Source of the DNA: Fibrobacterales bacterium
GTDB taxonomy: Bacteria; Fibrobacterota; Fibrobacteria; Fibrobacterales; JAOPTW01
NCBI GenBank assembly: GCA_051532055.1
Contig: JAOPTX010000042.1
Span: 111,101-175,100 of the forward strand
Length of the DNA stretch: 64,000 nucleotides
Direction: 5' to 3'
Under the pieces are notes generated by a model that saw only the letters and a program-made list of their open reading frames with translations, was not told where the DNA came from and did not search any database. Position numbers and translations under genes: made by a program. Shown here one piece after another: positions 11,901 to 20,506 of the stretch (the stretch's first letter is position 1; every line of letters begins with the position of its first letter).

Positions 11901-14900
11901 TATAACGCCGCCATTACCACTCTCGCTCGGCATGGACTCTCTCTTTGCTTCTGGTAATGAACGAATGAAATCAGATACTCTTGCATGGAGTTGGTCTCGG
12001 GTGTATTCCTATGGCTATCTCGAATACACTCTTCAAATCAGTAGTGACTCACTGTTTACTACACCTCTTATTTCTCTTACTAATTATAGTGATACCTCTG
12101 TGATTATCCAAAATTTACCGAACGTTACTGCTCTCACTGAAAATAAACGTTATTTCTGGAGAGTAAAAGAAATTATTCCTGCAGGTGCTTATTCTGAGTA
12201 TACTGATGTCAGTAATTTCTTTGTACTCAATACTACCAACGATAAACCGCTCACCATATCCTCTTTTTCACCTTCAGTATCAGCCGGTGAACCACCTTTT
12301 TTAACGTCAGACTCTTTACTGAAGTTTATAACAGTTGATCCTGACACGTTAGGTATAACCCCTGACAAACTATCGTATACCATTCAAATTTCACAGAACT
12401 CAGGGTTTACTCCTGTACTCACCACCATCTCAGGTGTTACTGAAAATGAATATCTCTTAGGAAGTATTCCTGAACTCCAAGATACACAAATATACTATTG
12501 GAGAGTTTTTGCTACAGATAATCATGGACTTCGTTCTGACACTACAATTGGTACCCACTATTTTGAGTACTCATTGACTAATGCCGCTCCCAGTAGTGTG
12601 TTTTTTAAAAACCTTCCAGATAGTGCAGAACGCGGAGGTTCAGATCTCCTAGAATGGAATAAATCAATTGACCCTGATGCGCATACGGTGTCCTATGTCA
12701 TTGAGGGGGTTAGTGACACTATCGTTTTTACCCGTGAACTCTACACAATAGTTCCTGACACCTCTCTCACCCTCGATTCTGTATTATCACATAACACTCT
12801 TTCTGTAACTGATTATGATGATAAAATATACTTTGTAAGAATTTACAGTAGAGATCAGTACAATGCTCGCTCCGTACCCTCAGCATGGCAAACTCTTTTT
12901 ATAAACTTAGAAAATGATATACCCACTGCTGTTTCTCTCAAAAAACCTCTTGATGACTCATCTGCAATTGCTGAATCTGAAGGAATTGTGTTTAGCAAGT
13001 CCAAGCATTCAGATCACTTAGAGAGTTTCATCTATATCCTTGAAATTGCCGAAGATACAAGCTTTACTCAACTAATTTCAGTTGATACCCTTTCTTCGAC
13101 TGAAGACTCTCTTGGTTTTTATGATATGAATGGCTCACTATCTCTCGAAAAAGATATTTTCTACCACGTACGAGTTCGCCCCATTGACCGAGCAGGAAAT
13201 GCCCCAGAATGGTCAGCCCCTAAGAGTTTTCAATATATCACCTCAAATGGACGGCCCGGAATTCCCGAACTTATTTCTCCCATTGACACCGTAAAATATT
13301 TTTTACCGCGAGACACCCTATACTGGGGAGGTGTAACAGATGGTGATGGTGATGCTTTTTGGTACGAAGTGTATATCGTGAATATTGATGAACAACCAAC
13401 AAATAAAACTCAAAAAAGTATTGCCTTTAAAACGGGTGTTGATACCACACAGCTCGCTCTCAATGCTCTCGTTAACTACCGTAACCTACAAAGCCATACC
13501 AAATATCGCTGGATTGTTCAGGCTAAAGACATCTACAATGCACCTTCAGGCTATGCAACTGAAGGTATCTTTACCTTTAGATCTACTCGACCCGATGATG
13601 CAGTTATCATAGCCCCAAAGGATTCAGCGGTCGCTAACTTGAGTAATCCCTTTTATTGGCATCCTGCCCACGACGTTGATTTAGGTGTAGATGATGAACT
13701 TCTCTATGAGCTCCTCATTTCGAAATCAGAATCCTTTGATACTAAGGATATTGTTTTACAAGACACAATAATTTCTGATACGCTTGTTGCACTCACCGAC
13801 CTCCCCTCATTTTCAAATGTTCCTGATGACCAATGGTACTATTGGAAGGTATATACCATTGATCGCCATGGACTGAGAAGTGAAGGTGGTATTGCAGAGC
13901 CCTTTTTCTTTAATTTGGGTAATCAAGCACCTACTGCGCCTGTTGATTTAACCATGGGGGACGGAGATTCTCTTTTCTATGCATTTGAAGAACTAAAATG
14001 GACAGGTAGTGACCCTGATCCTCAAGATATTCCCTATCTCGTCTATGATATACAGATTGATGATAGCCATACTTTTGCTTCACCCGACTTTATTCGCTAC
14101 GGGGTAACAGGGGAAACCAATGTTGCACTCAATACCTTTAGTGGGCATCTCAGAATGATACCAGGGCACCGTTATTATTGGCGTGTTATCGCACAAGATT
14201 CCGAAGGGCTCCTCTCACCATTTTCTGATGATAGCACTGCAAGCTTTGTATTTATGCCTTCAGATAGTTCATTGTTTGAGATACCAAATGTTCGTACAAT
14301 CAATAGTTCGGTGCTCACTTCTTTTGATACTCTAGAATGGCATCAACCACTTTTTGATGATGTTTCATACCGTGCACGTATATATTCCCTCAGCGGCGAT
14401 ACACTCAATACGATTGTTTTTAAGGGAGGCGTGGATTCTATTTCTAAAATTGCGCTATCTTCATTACTCCCAGACACCCTCTATCAGGATGAGCACTACT
14501 ATTTTTGGGATATTATTGCCTTTAGCAATACAACACAACCAGAATACGGCCCACTGAAAGAAAATCTTTATTTTTATACAGGAAATCGCTTTAAATCACA
14601 GAATATTTCTGCTACTCGAGCATGGCTCACAGGGCCAGATTCAACTCTGATTCAAAGCGCTGATTCTCTTTTTACAATAGTAATACCGAATAATGCATTT
14701 ACTGACACCGTTGGTATTGTTATGCAAACAGTGCCCAAAGATACATCCGCTATTATTGATAGTACGACCAAGGCATTAGTATCACTTGTTACCTATGCCA
14801 ACAAGGCACTCGCTTCAAATCGTAAACTCTTTCCTTTAGGACAAAAAGTCTTTAGTGTCGAAGCGCATGATCTGGCAACTGATACCGTTGTACAACCCGA

Positions 14901-15552
14901 TAGCACCAGTCAATTGTTATTACATCTCGCCTACGAAAACCGAGATTCTACGGATAGCAGTGTCGTTCAATTTAGTGATTCACTTTTTAGTATCTATAAT
15001 ACTGCTGTATTTTGGCTTGATGAGACTAAAAAAAGGTGGGTTGAGCAACAATCAGTAGTACAACCAGATCTAACGATTGAACAACCAACAATACTTCCTA
15101 AGAAGAGTTTAACTTCAACATCTTCGAATAAAGAAAATGAACGGGCGCCTCACAACCAATTTAATGCTCTAACCTATTCAAACCACTTTTCAGTCTATAC
15201 TATTTTTGCAGTTAAGCGATCTATAGAACCATTTGGTGATTTTCTCATATATCCTTCCCCCATAATAACATCAAGTGAAAACCCCGATAAACAAAAGGCC
15301 CGAATAAGTTTCTCTATTACCGATAAAACATCGATAAACCTTCGAATTTACTCCAGAACTGGCAAATTAGTCTGGAAATATGATAGAATAGAAGAGCCAG
15401 TAGATGGGTTAAAGAATGAAATCATATGGGATTGCAAAAATTTGGATGACTACCTTGTTGGGAATGGATACTACATCGTTAAGATACGTGCTAAATCGGA
15501 AGCAAATAATAAGGTCTACATACAAAAGCAGTTAATTGCAGTGATAAAATAA
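8956..15552 (+). CDS. Giant secreted surface protein, full-length paralogue of 544..7302
   Basis: WTQTDWSGGSGQ N-terminus, Gly-rich head, FN3-like repeats colinear with 544..7302 (shared SFHxDQRED, VYSYGxLxY), NHFSVYT and the same CTD. Confidence 0.8.
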   Translation: MNRVFSTSCLMRNLFIGLFVGFYGPLTAANTHWTQTDWSGGSGQNIWSNSTQYGSDDGLIKTSITNQLSIENSINTGTGTIDLIVSLDSTVINEYSAVIGSPSAGSFTIDVSNGSLFQNGSEILIHQTQHADSAGNYEFHTVVSKVGNTLNLDSGLIHTYYSGTDNVTVSSTAQVVSVPHYNSVTINNGVTMESREWDGVTGGIVIFRTKETVTLNGYIDVDGQGFRGGNCGTCGDAAWGTQGEGHTGIGGNSVVANGSGGGGGYGPSGIGGEPGAGGGHAFAGSSPASYGAPSQPIGGVAVGDPQLSKILFGGGAGAGGDNDNGTPFPQYVNGGGIVILFAKTIVDARITSKGEDGVFSSGAGGVTGGGAGGAILLSAKTITTQSVDASGGAATPGSSPDIGGAGSVGRIRIDVETCTGCTTTPTPVENIIAVADSAVLLSSIYAFNNSDYYGPYRINWEFTDNGGSVDVWIRTASTTGSIPGEPWVPVIKNARTDFNTGFSNSDAYVQYKVTLTKGSADSPIFEEINIELGEKQTPLTAPVRLYLGNDVLFTSEDVRSPGDNLSWSQDTTFPSNFLSYELFISPNANYSTILYQGNVGGDTLVSLDTLTLSSALQDNTPYYWAVRSKDVDNVVSTYTSLGNRFIYNSINQPPPIPAIYTNSGIALTATQPLYFKSQDPDSLGNQPDQLTYRIELDTDPAFGSIDVTHTTQDTTPLTGSIAGLVNATNYFWRVWTEDDSSAVSSKTTGTHWFTYIHSNSPPSAISLTLFIDDTEFFGDSLIRWNKSIDPEGNPITYIIEGRHNTFGDTLLYATILSDTALTLNQLIDSNDITTAVSEFNDRDFVIRVKARDSYQLESIVSDWKPVHFNQINDVPSAVTITTPLDSLKLRPPEKIRYSASFHSDQREDIFYEVELGADPHFIASLSKDTVPEDSTSVPLQNLGGHSTLTINNFYYLRVAAFDANGNKASSSPVRTFQYSIDSITPPLPLSLGMDSLFASGNERMKSDTLAWSWSRVYSYGYLEYTLQISSDSLFTTPLISLTNYSDTSVIIQNLPNVTALTENKRYFWRVKEIIPAGAYSEYTDVSNFFVLNTTNDKPLTISSFSPSVSAGEPPFLTSDSLLKFITVDPDTLGITPDKLSYTIQISQNSGFTPVLTTISGVTENEYLLGSIPELQDTQIYYWRVFATDNHGLRSDTTIGTHYFEYSLTNAAPSSVFFKNLPDSAERGGSDLLEWNKSIDPDAHTVSYVIEGVSDTIVFTRELYTIVPDTSLTLDSVLSHNTLSVTDYDDKIYFVRIYSRDQYNARSVPSAWQTLFINLENDIPTAVSLKKPLDDSSAIAESEGIVFSKSKHSDHLESFIYILEIAEDTSFTQLISVDTLSSTEDSLGFYDMNGSLSLEKDIFYHVRVRPIDRAGNAPEWSAPKSFQYITSNGRPGIPELISPIDTVKYFLPRDTLYWGGVTDGDGDAFWYEVYIVNIDEQPTNKTQKSIAFKTGVDTTQLALNALVNYRNLQSHTKYRWIVQAKDIYNAPSGYATEGIFTFRSTRPDDAVIIAPKDSAVANLSNPFYWHPAHDVDLGVDDELLYELLISKSESFDTKDIVLQDTIISDTLVALTDLPSFSNVPDDQWYYWKVYTIDRHGLRSEGGIAEPFFFNLGNQAPTAPVDLTMGDGDSLFYAFEELKWTGSDPDPQDIPYLVYDIQIDDSHTFASPDFIRYGVTGETNVALNTFSGHLRMIPGHRYYWRVIAQDSEGLLSPFSDDSTASFVFMPSDSSLFEIPNVRTINSSVLTSFDTLEWHQPLFDDVSYRARIYSLSGDTLNTIVFKGGVDSISKIALSSLLPDTLYQDEHYYFWDIIAFSNTTQPEYGPLKENLYFYTGNRFKSQNISATRAWLTGPDSTLIQSADSLFTIVIPNNAFTDTVGIVMQTVPKDTSAIIDSTTKALVSLVTYANKALASNRKLFPLGQKVFSVEAHDLATDTVVQPDSTSQLLLHLAYENRDSTDSSVVQFSDSLFSIYNTAVFWLDETKKRWVEQQSVVQPDLTIEQPTILPKKSLTSTSSNKENERAPHNQFNALTYSNHFSVYTIFAVKRSIEPFGDFLIYPSPIITSSENPDKQKARISFSITDKTSINLRIYSRTGKLVWKYDRIEEPVDGLKNEIIWDCKNLDDYLVGNGYYIVKIRAKSEANNKVYIQKQLIAVIK

Positions 15553-15566
15553 GAGATAGGTAAACT

Positions 15567-17861
15567 ATGCATACTCATAGAGCAAGAGCACTTTTCACAC
15601 TTCTCATAAGTGTTGGAATACTTTATTCAGCAGGTGATCCTGGTGATTACACATTCGAACTAGCTCCTGACGCTGCATCCCAGGGACGTGGCGGTGGTAG
15701 TGCTGCCGAAATTAATGCTGAAGCACTCTATCACAATCCCGCAGGTCTCAGCTTTAACATTTATAACAGTGTAACCATTGGACGTCAAGTACGTGAGTCA
15801 TTTGATCTTACAACATTCTCCTATATACATCCTTTTACCAATGCTGGAGTGGTGGGTATTGCTTTCTATAATGATGCACTCTCTTCGGTGCATAATCAAT
15901 ATTCTGAATTTGGTGAACATATTGGTTCTGATCAGGGCGGAGAAAGGGAGGTAGTCATTGGGTATGGTTATAACTTTTTAGATATGATTGGGGTAGGCTT
16001 AAATTTTAAAATGGCTCATCAAGAGGTAGCTTCGTATACCGACATGGGGTTTGGCTTTGACTTGGGTTTGTTGTATAATTATCAACGAACGTTTATGGCG
16101 GGCGTGAGTCTCGTAAATTTATTTGGTCCTGAAATGCAGCTGGTCAATGTCAGTGAATCATATGCAACAGTCTTAAAGACTGCTGTTGCAAGTCACCTTT
16201 TAAACGAAATATTAGTAATGAGTGCGGATGTCGATATTGTAAATATTCTTGGGGGAGAGGATCCACTGGGTAATGAACTGAAACGCTCGAGTAGGTATCG
16301 CCTTGGAGTCGCTTTTTCTCCTATTAAATATGGTACAATACGTACAGGAGTGAATGGGGTTAATGTGGTTCGAGGTATTACTGATGATGTATGGTACTCT
16401 GTTGGAGCAGGTCTTACCGTCAATAACTTTTCGGTTGATTATGCTTTTTCAACCTCGTTACTTTCAGACGATGCAGAAATAGGCATGGGTTCCAATCACT
16501 ATGTGAGCCTCAATTACCTTATAGGAAAACCCTATGAAAAAGAAAAAGAGGATCTCATCCAACGAGTAAAGGACCTTGAATCGCAAATTAGTCTCAATAA
16601 TGCCCGTCAATCATTTATTGACAAAGAGTATAAAGATGCCCTGAATCAAATTCAAGAATATCTAGTAGTATATCCAATGGACAGTAGTGCACTCGAGTTT
16701 AAATCAGAAATCAGAGGAGAGATCAATCGAGAACGTGTAGTTATTCTCGAGATAGAGTTTATTGAAACGATAAATAACAACCAGTTAATTAAAGCCAAAG
16801 CGATTATTGATGACATAGTACTTCTGAGCCCTCAGTATGAAAATTTGCCAGAATTACAAAAATCATTGGTCACCGCAGAACAAGTTGAAACATTATTTAC
16901 ATCAATTAAAAACTTAACTCCTGACAGTGAACCAGTAAAAATTATAGAAGGATTAGTTCGCATCTATGAATTAAATCCTGACTTTGCACAAGGAGCTTCT
17001 CTTGAGAAAACAGCGAGACCGTATTACAATCAATTAAAAGCCAAAGAACTATATACAACTGCAAGTAGCCTCTTTTACGAAAAGAAAGATGTACAAGCAG
17101 CTCATCAAAAGTTAAAAGAGGCATTAATTCTCGACAAAGATAATAGTGAAGCCAAAAAGCTGTATGAGGAACTTACGAGTAAATTAAGAGCCCAGTTGCT
17201 CAAACAGGCGGCATCTGGAGATGAAGATGCGGTGCTAGAACAAATGGTTGCTCTCGATTTAGATCAACAAATTATTGAAGCCAACAATCTCTTTGATGAT
17301 AAAGATTTTGAAAGTGCTGAAGTAGTGCTTAATAAAATTCTTCGTAAAAACAGTGCTCATCCTGGTGCAACGGTACTTTTGGAAAAGGTTAAAAAAGCAT
17401 CCTATACCCAAACAGCAAAAGCAAGCTACCAAGAAGCGCTCTTAGCCTTTAATAGTGGTGACATGAAAAAAGCATTTGCACTGGTATCCAAAACAATTGA
17501 GATCGATCCAATTCACACAAAAGCAATTGAACTTAAAGAAAATATGATTGCAACCACCCTAACTGATGCAAGAAATGCACTGGAATCCTTTAGAAAAAGT
17601 CAAGTAAATACAGACCTTAAACTCGCACGAGATCTCCTTGATGCGCTTATTGAAGGTGGCACTAGTACAGAAGAAATTACAGCCCTGCAACTCGGTGTTT
17701 CTACTGAAGAACGCGTTCTTTCTGTTCTTATACAAATAGAAAATGGTGAATATAAAAACGCCGAAAAAGAACTCAATGATATTTTACTCAGCAACCCTGA
17801 TAGTAAATCGGCAAAAAGTGCATTTGAAATGCTGAATGAACTTAAGGAGATTTTACAATGA
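15567..17861 (+). CDS. PorV/PorQ-family (FadL-like) outer-membrane beta-barrel fused to a C-terminal TPR-like helical region
   Basis: Signal peptide; DAASQGRGG...ALYHNPAGL motif of PorV/PorQ/FadL-like barrels; amphipathic strands (GFGFDLGLLY, VGAGL, VDYAF, YVSLNY); then ~430 aa of TPR-like helices. Confidence 0.7.
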   Translation: MHTHRARALFTLLISVGILYSAGDPGDYTFELAPDAASQGRGGGSAAEINAEALYHNPAGLSFNIYNSVTIGRQVRESFDLTTFSYIHPFTNAGVVGIAFYNDALSSVHNQYSEFGEHIGSDQGGEREVVIGYGYNFLDMIGVGLNFKMAHQEVASYTDMGFGFDLGLLYNYQRTFMAGVSLVNLFGPEMQLVNVSESYATVLKTAVASHLLNEILVMSADVDIVNILGGEDPLGNELKRSSRYRLGVAFSPIKYGTIRTGVNGVNVVRGITDDVWYSVGAGLTVNNFSVDYAFSTSLLSDDAEIGMGSNHYVSLNYLIGKPYEKEKEDLIQRVKDLESQISLNNARQSFIDKEYKDALNQIQEYLVVYPMDSSALEFKSEIRGEINRERVVILEIEFIETINNNQLIKAKAIIDDIVLLSPQYENLPELQKSLVTAEQVETLFTSIKNLTPDSEPVKIIEGLVRIYELNPDFAQGASLEKTARPYYNQLKAKELYTTASSLFYEKKDVQAAHQKLKEALILDKDNSEAKKLYEELTSKLRAQLLKQAASGDEDAVLEQMVALDLDQQIIEANNLFDDKDFESAEVVLNKILRKNSAHPGATVLLEKVKKASYTQTAKASYQEALLAFNSGDMKKAFALVSKTIEIDPIHTKAIELKENMIATTLTDARNALESFRKSQVNTDLKLARDLLDALIEGGTSTEEITALQLGVSTEERVLSVLIQIENGEYKNAEKELNDILLSNPDSKSAKSAFEMLNELKEILQ

Positions 17862-19126
17862 TCAAGTTACTCTCTATACTCATATGCGTGTGTTTACTCG
17901 TAGGTACAAGCCCTGCGCAAGACCAACAAAATCTAGAACAACTCTATACGAGAAAAGCCGTTAAAGCTTTTGTCTCCAAAGACTTTAACGCCTCTATAGA
18001 GAATGTTAAACAAGTTCTCAGAATTAACCCTAACAATAACCAAGCAAAAAAATTATTGGCTAAAGGGTATTACTTCCAGTCCAAACAACTCTTTGCTGCT
18101 AAAGAGTATTCATTGTGTGACGCAATGCTTGATGAGCTTTTTGTAATCAGTCCAAAACACCAGTTGGGCCTTTCACTACGAGCCAAAGTTAAGCCCCTAT
18201 TGATAGTTCAGCCTACAATGCAAGCGACACAAGAGCAAAGGGGCAGGTCACCTCAACAGATACAACAAATACCCAGTCAAATTATAGTTAAAACTGATGA
18301 TGGGGGTAAAAGTGAAAAGATGATCTCTGCTTTTTTAGCACAATCAGATATGCAACGAGAAATTCAAGCACGTAAAGACTCCCTTTCGCGTCTTCAAAAT
18401 ATTGAACTCATAAACCTTATGAAAGATAGAGATGCTGAAAGTTCAACGAAGTTCAATAAAACCTTCATTTGGGTCGCTATAATCATTATAGGAACTATTT
18501 TCATCATTATCGCGGTCGTGTTTTTACTTGCAAAAATGTTCATTAAAACATCAGAATTACAATCAGCGCAACAATATGAAGTATTACAAAATTTATTATC
18601 TCAAGGTCCAGTAATGAATGAGTCCACCCTCAAACTTACTGCTACTTCTGGTAGTACCGAAGCAGACCTTGATAATGATGATGATCTAAAACGTGCAAAT
18701 GCTGTTGAGGCCATAGCAGAGGATCTCGCTGGGTCCGAATCAGTCAGTGATGAACATAAAGAAAAAATTGAAAAAGTAAGACTTCTCCTAAGTGACAGCA
18801 ATAATAGGGTTAGGGCAAATGCGGCAAAAGTTATTTATGCCATTGATAGTGAAGCTTCACTAAATTGTCTCAAAGAAATGGTCTTTTCTACAAGTAAACG
18901 TCAAAGTGCCTCAGGAATTTGGGCTCTTGGTGAAATCCACTCCAAAGAAACACTGAGTATTATACTGGATAAAGTAGCTGAGAATGATGATGATGAAATT
19001 ATCACACATAATTTACTTAATGCACTAAAAAAGGTCGAGAGCGATGCAGGAGAAGAACTCGATGAAGACGACCGACTTACGATAGTTAAAACATTAGAAG
19101 TGTTGCAGAGTAAAGAGAATGGGTAA
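17858..19126 (+). CDS. Bitopic membrane protein: exported TPR domain, single TM helix, cytoplasmic HEAT repeats
   Basis: Signal peptide; TPR (VLRINPNNNQAKKLL); hydrophobic FIWVAIIIIGTIFIIIAVVFLLA; HEAT repeats (DSNNRVRANAAKVI, SGIWALGEI); ATGA overlap with upstream gene. Confidence 0.7.
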   Translation: MIKLLSILICVCLLVGTSPAQDQQNLEQLYTRKAVKAFVSKDFNASIENVKQVLRINPNNNQAKKLLAKGYYFQSKQLFAAKEYSLCDAMLDELFVISPKHQLGLSLRAKVKPLLIVQPTMQATQEQRGRSPQQIQQIPSQIIVKTDDGGKSEKMISAFLAQSDMQREIQARKDSLSRLQNIELINLMKDRDAESSTKFNKTFIWVAIIIIGTIFIIIAVVFLLAKMFIKTSELQSAQQYEVLQNLLSQGPVMNESTLKLTATSGSTEADLDNDDDLKRANAVEAIAEDLAGSESVSDEHKEKIEKVRLLLSDSNNRVRANAAKVIYAIDSEASLNCLKEMVFSTSKRQSASGIWALGEIHSKETLSIILDKVAENDDDEIITHNLLNALKKVESDAGEELDEDDRLTIVKTLEVLQSKENG

Positions 19127-20474
19127 AAATTTCTATGAATTACTGGGGGTGGAGTCAAAAGCTACAGAACCCGAGATAAAGCTTGCCTATCGAAAACTTG
19201 CTATTCAACTACATCCAGACAAAAACCCAGAAGGGAATACTAAAGAGGCATTTACTGAAGCGGCTCGAGCCTATGAAACATTATATAATCCAGTAACTCG
19301 TGCAGAGTATGATGATTCACTAAAAACGGGTTCTCATAGACCTTCAGCTGTATTCCGGGGTAATAAAGCAGGTGGCCCAGCATTTGATTTTGTTAATGCC
19401 CTTCGTCAATTCATGAATACTGTATCAGAAGGGTCTTATACAACTGAAAGCCAAGACCTTCTCAAAGGAAAAGATATCTCACTCAAGTTTGCAGTAACAC
19501 TTGAAGACATCTATTCCGGTGGTGACAAAACGATCAAACTCAATAGAAAGATGCACTGTAAATCGTGTGCTGGAAAAGGGTCAAATGGCGGGAGTGAAAT
19601 CACTTGTCAATATTGTGCAGGACACGGAAAAGTACTCGATCCCAATTCAAATTCTGCTGTGTTATGCCCAAACTGCCTAGGAACTAAAACACAATTTTCT
19701 GACCCTTGTATGGACTGTAAAGGCAAAGGCATTTCTGAAGCATCTGAAAAAATTACTTTCTCAATTCCAAAAGGAGTAAGTTCCGGAAATATGATTGAGA
19801 TTTTAGGTAAAGGACATTCAGGAGTTCGGAATGCTATTTCCGGTAACTTAGTGATAACCTTTATGGAATCTATTGATGAATCAATTCAGCGGAATAATGC
19901 AGATATTTACAGAAATGTAAATGTCGATATGTTTACTATGATTCTAGGAGGTAAGGCTTCATTCCCTCATATCACAGGAGAAGATATTGTCATTGATATT
20001 GTACCGCACTCACAGGTCGATACCTTAGTTCAATCTATAGGGTATGGATTGCCTTACTACAATGATATTAAAGTAGGTGACTGCTTTTGTAGACTCAAAC
20101 CACAATTACCTGAAAATCTCAACGATGATCAGATCGCTCTTTTTAAAGAGATCCAACAACACATCTCTATTCGCCATCTACCTGATAGTCATTCTGAAAA
20201 CGGATGTTTTATTATCATTCTTAAGCCACAAAATAATATGGTTGACCTGGCACAGGATGTTTTAACAGTGCTTGAACAACGCCCTGATGGGGAAGAAGTC
20301 GTCATTGATGTAACTAGTTTTGGAGACGATATATCAGACGTATTACTCTCATCATTCATTAAGGTTACTAAAAAGCTTCCTGAACAAGAAAAGCTCCTGT
20401 TGGCCGCAAGTGATGAAGTCGAAACTATTATTGAAGAGCTTGGTTTGGGTGACTTCTTAGAAGTCATGATGTAA
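19119..20474 (+). CDS. DnaJ-class chaperone (J domain, Zn finger, C-terminal domain) with an extra STAS-like domain
   Basis: HPD motif; four CxxCxG repeats (CKSCAG, CQYCAG, CPNCLG, CMDCKG); extra ~90 aa tail VVIDVTS...LLSSF...VETIIEELGLGDFL resembling STAS. Confidence 0.8.
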   Translation: MGKNFYELLGVESKATEPEIKLAYRKLAIQLHPDKNPEGNTKEAFTEAARAYETLYNPVTRAEYDDSLKTGSHRPSAVFRGNKAGGPAFDFVNALRQFMNTVSEGSYTTESQDLLKGKDISLKFAVTLEDIYSGGDKTIKLNRKMHCKSCAGKGSNGGSEITCQYCAGHGKVLDPNSNSAVLCPNCLGTKTQFSDPCMDCKGKGISEASEKITFSIPKGVSSGNMIEILGKGHSGVRNAISGNLVITFMESIDESIQRNNADIYRNVNVDMFTMILGGKASFPHITGEDIVIDIVPHSQVDTLVQSIGYGLPYYNDIKVGDCFCRLKPQLPENLNDDQIALFKEIQQHISIRHLPDSHSENGCFIIILKPQNNMVDLAQDVLTVLEQRPDGEEVVIDVTSFGDDISDVLLSSFIKVTKKLPEQEKLLLAASDEVETIIEELGLGDFLEVMM

Positions 20475-20506
20475 AATACTCACACTCCATTTCCCCTAAA
20501 ATTATT

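Noticed and set aside
544..15552. DGR or recombinational shuffling between the three paralogues
   Set aside because: Similarity is protein-level with many synonymous differences; no reverse transcriptase, recombinase or near-identical template repeat was seen.
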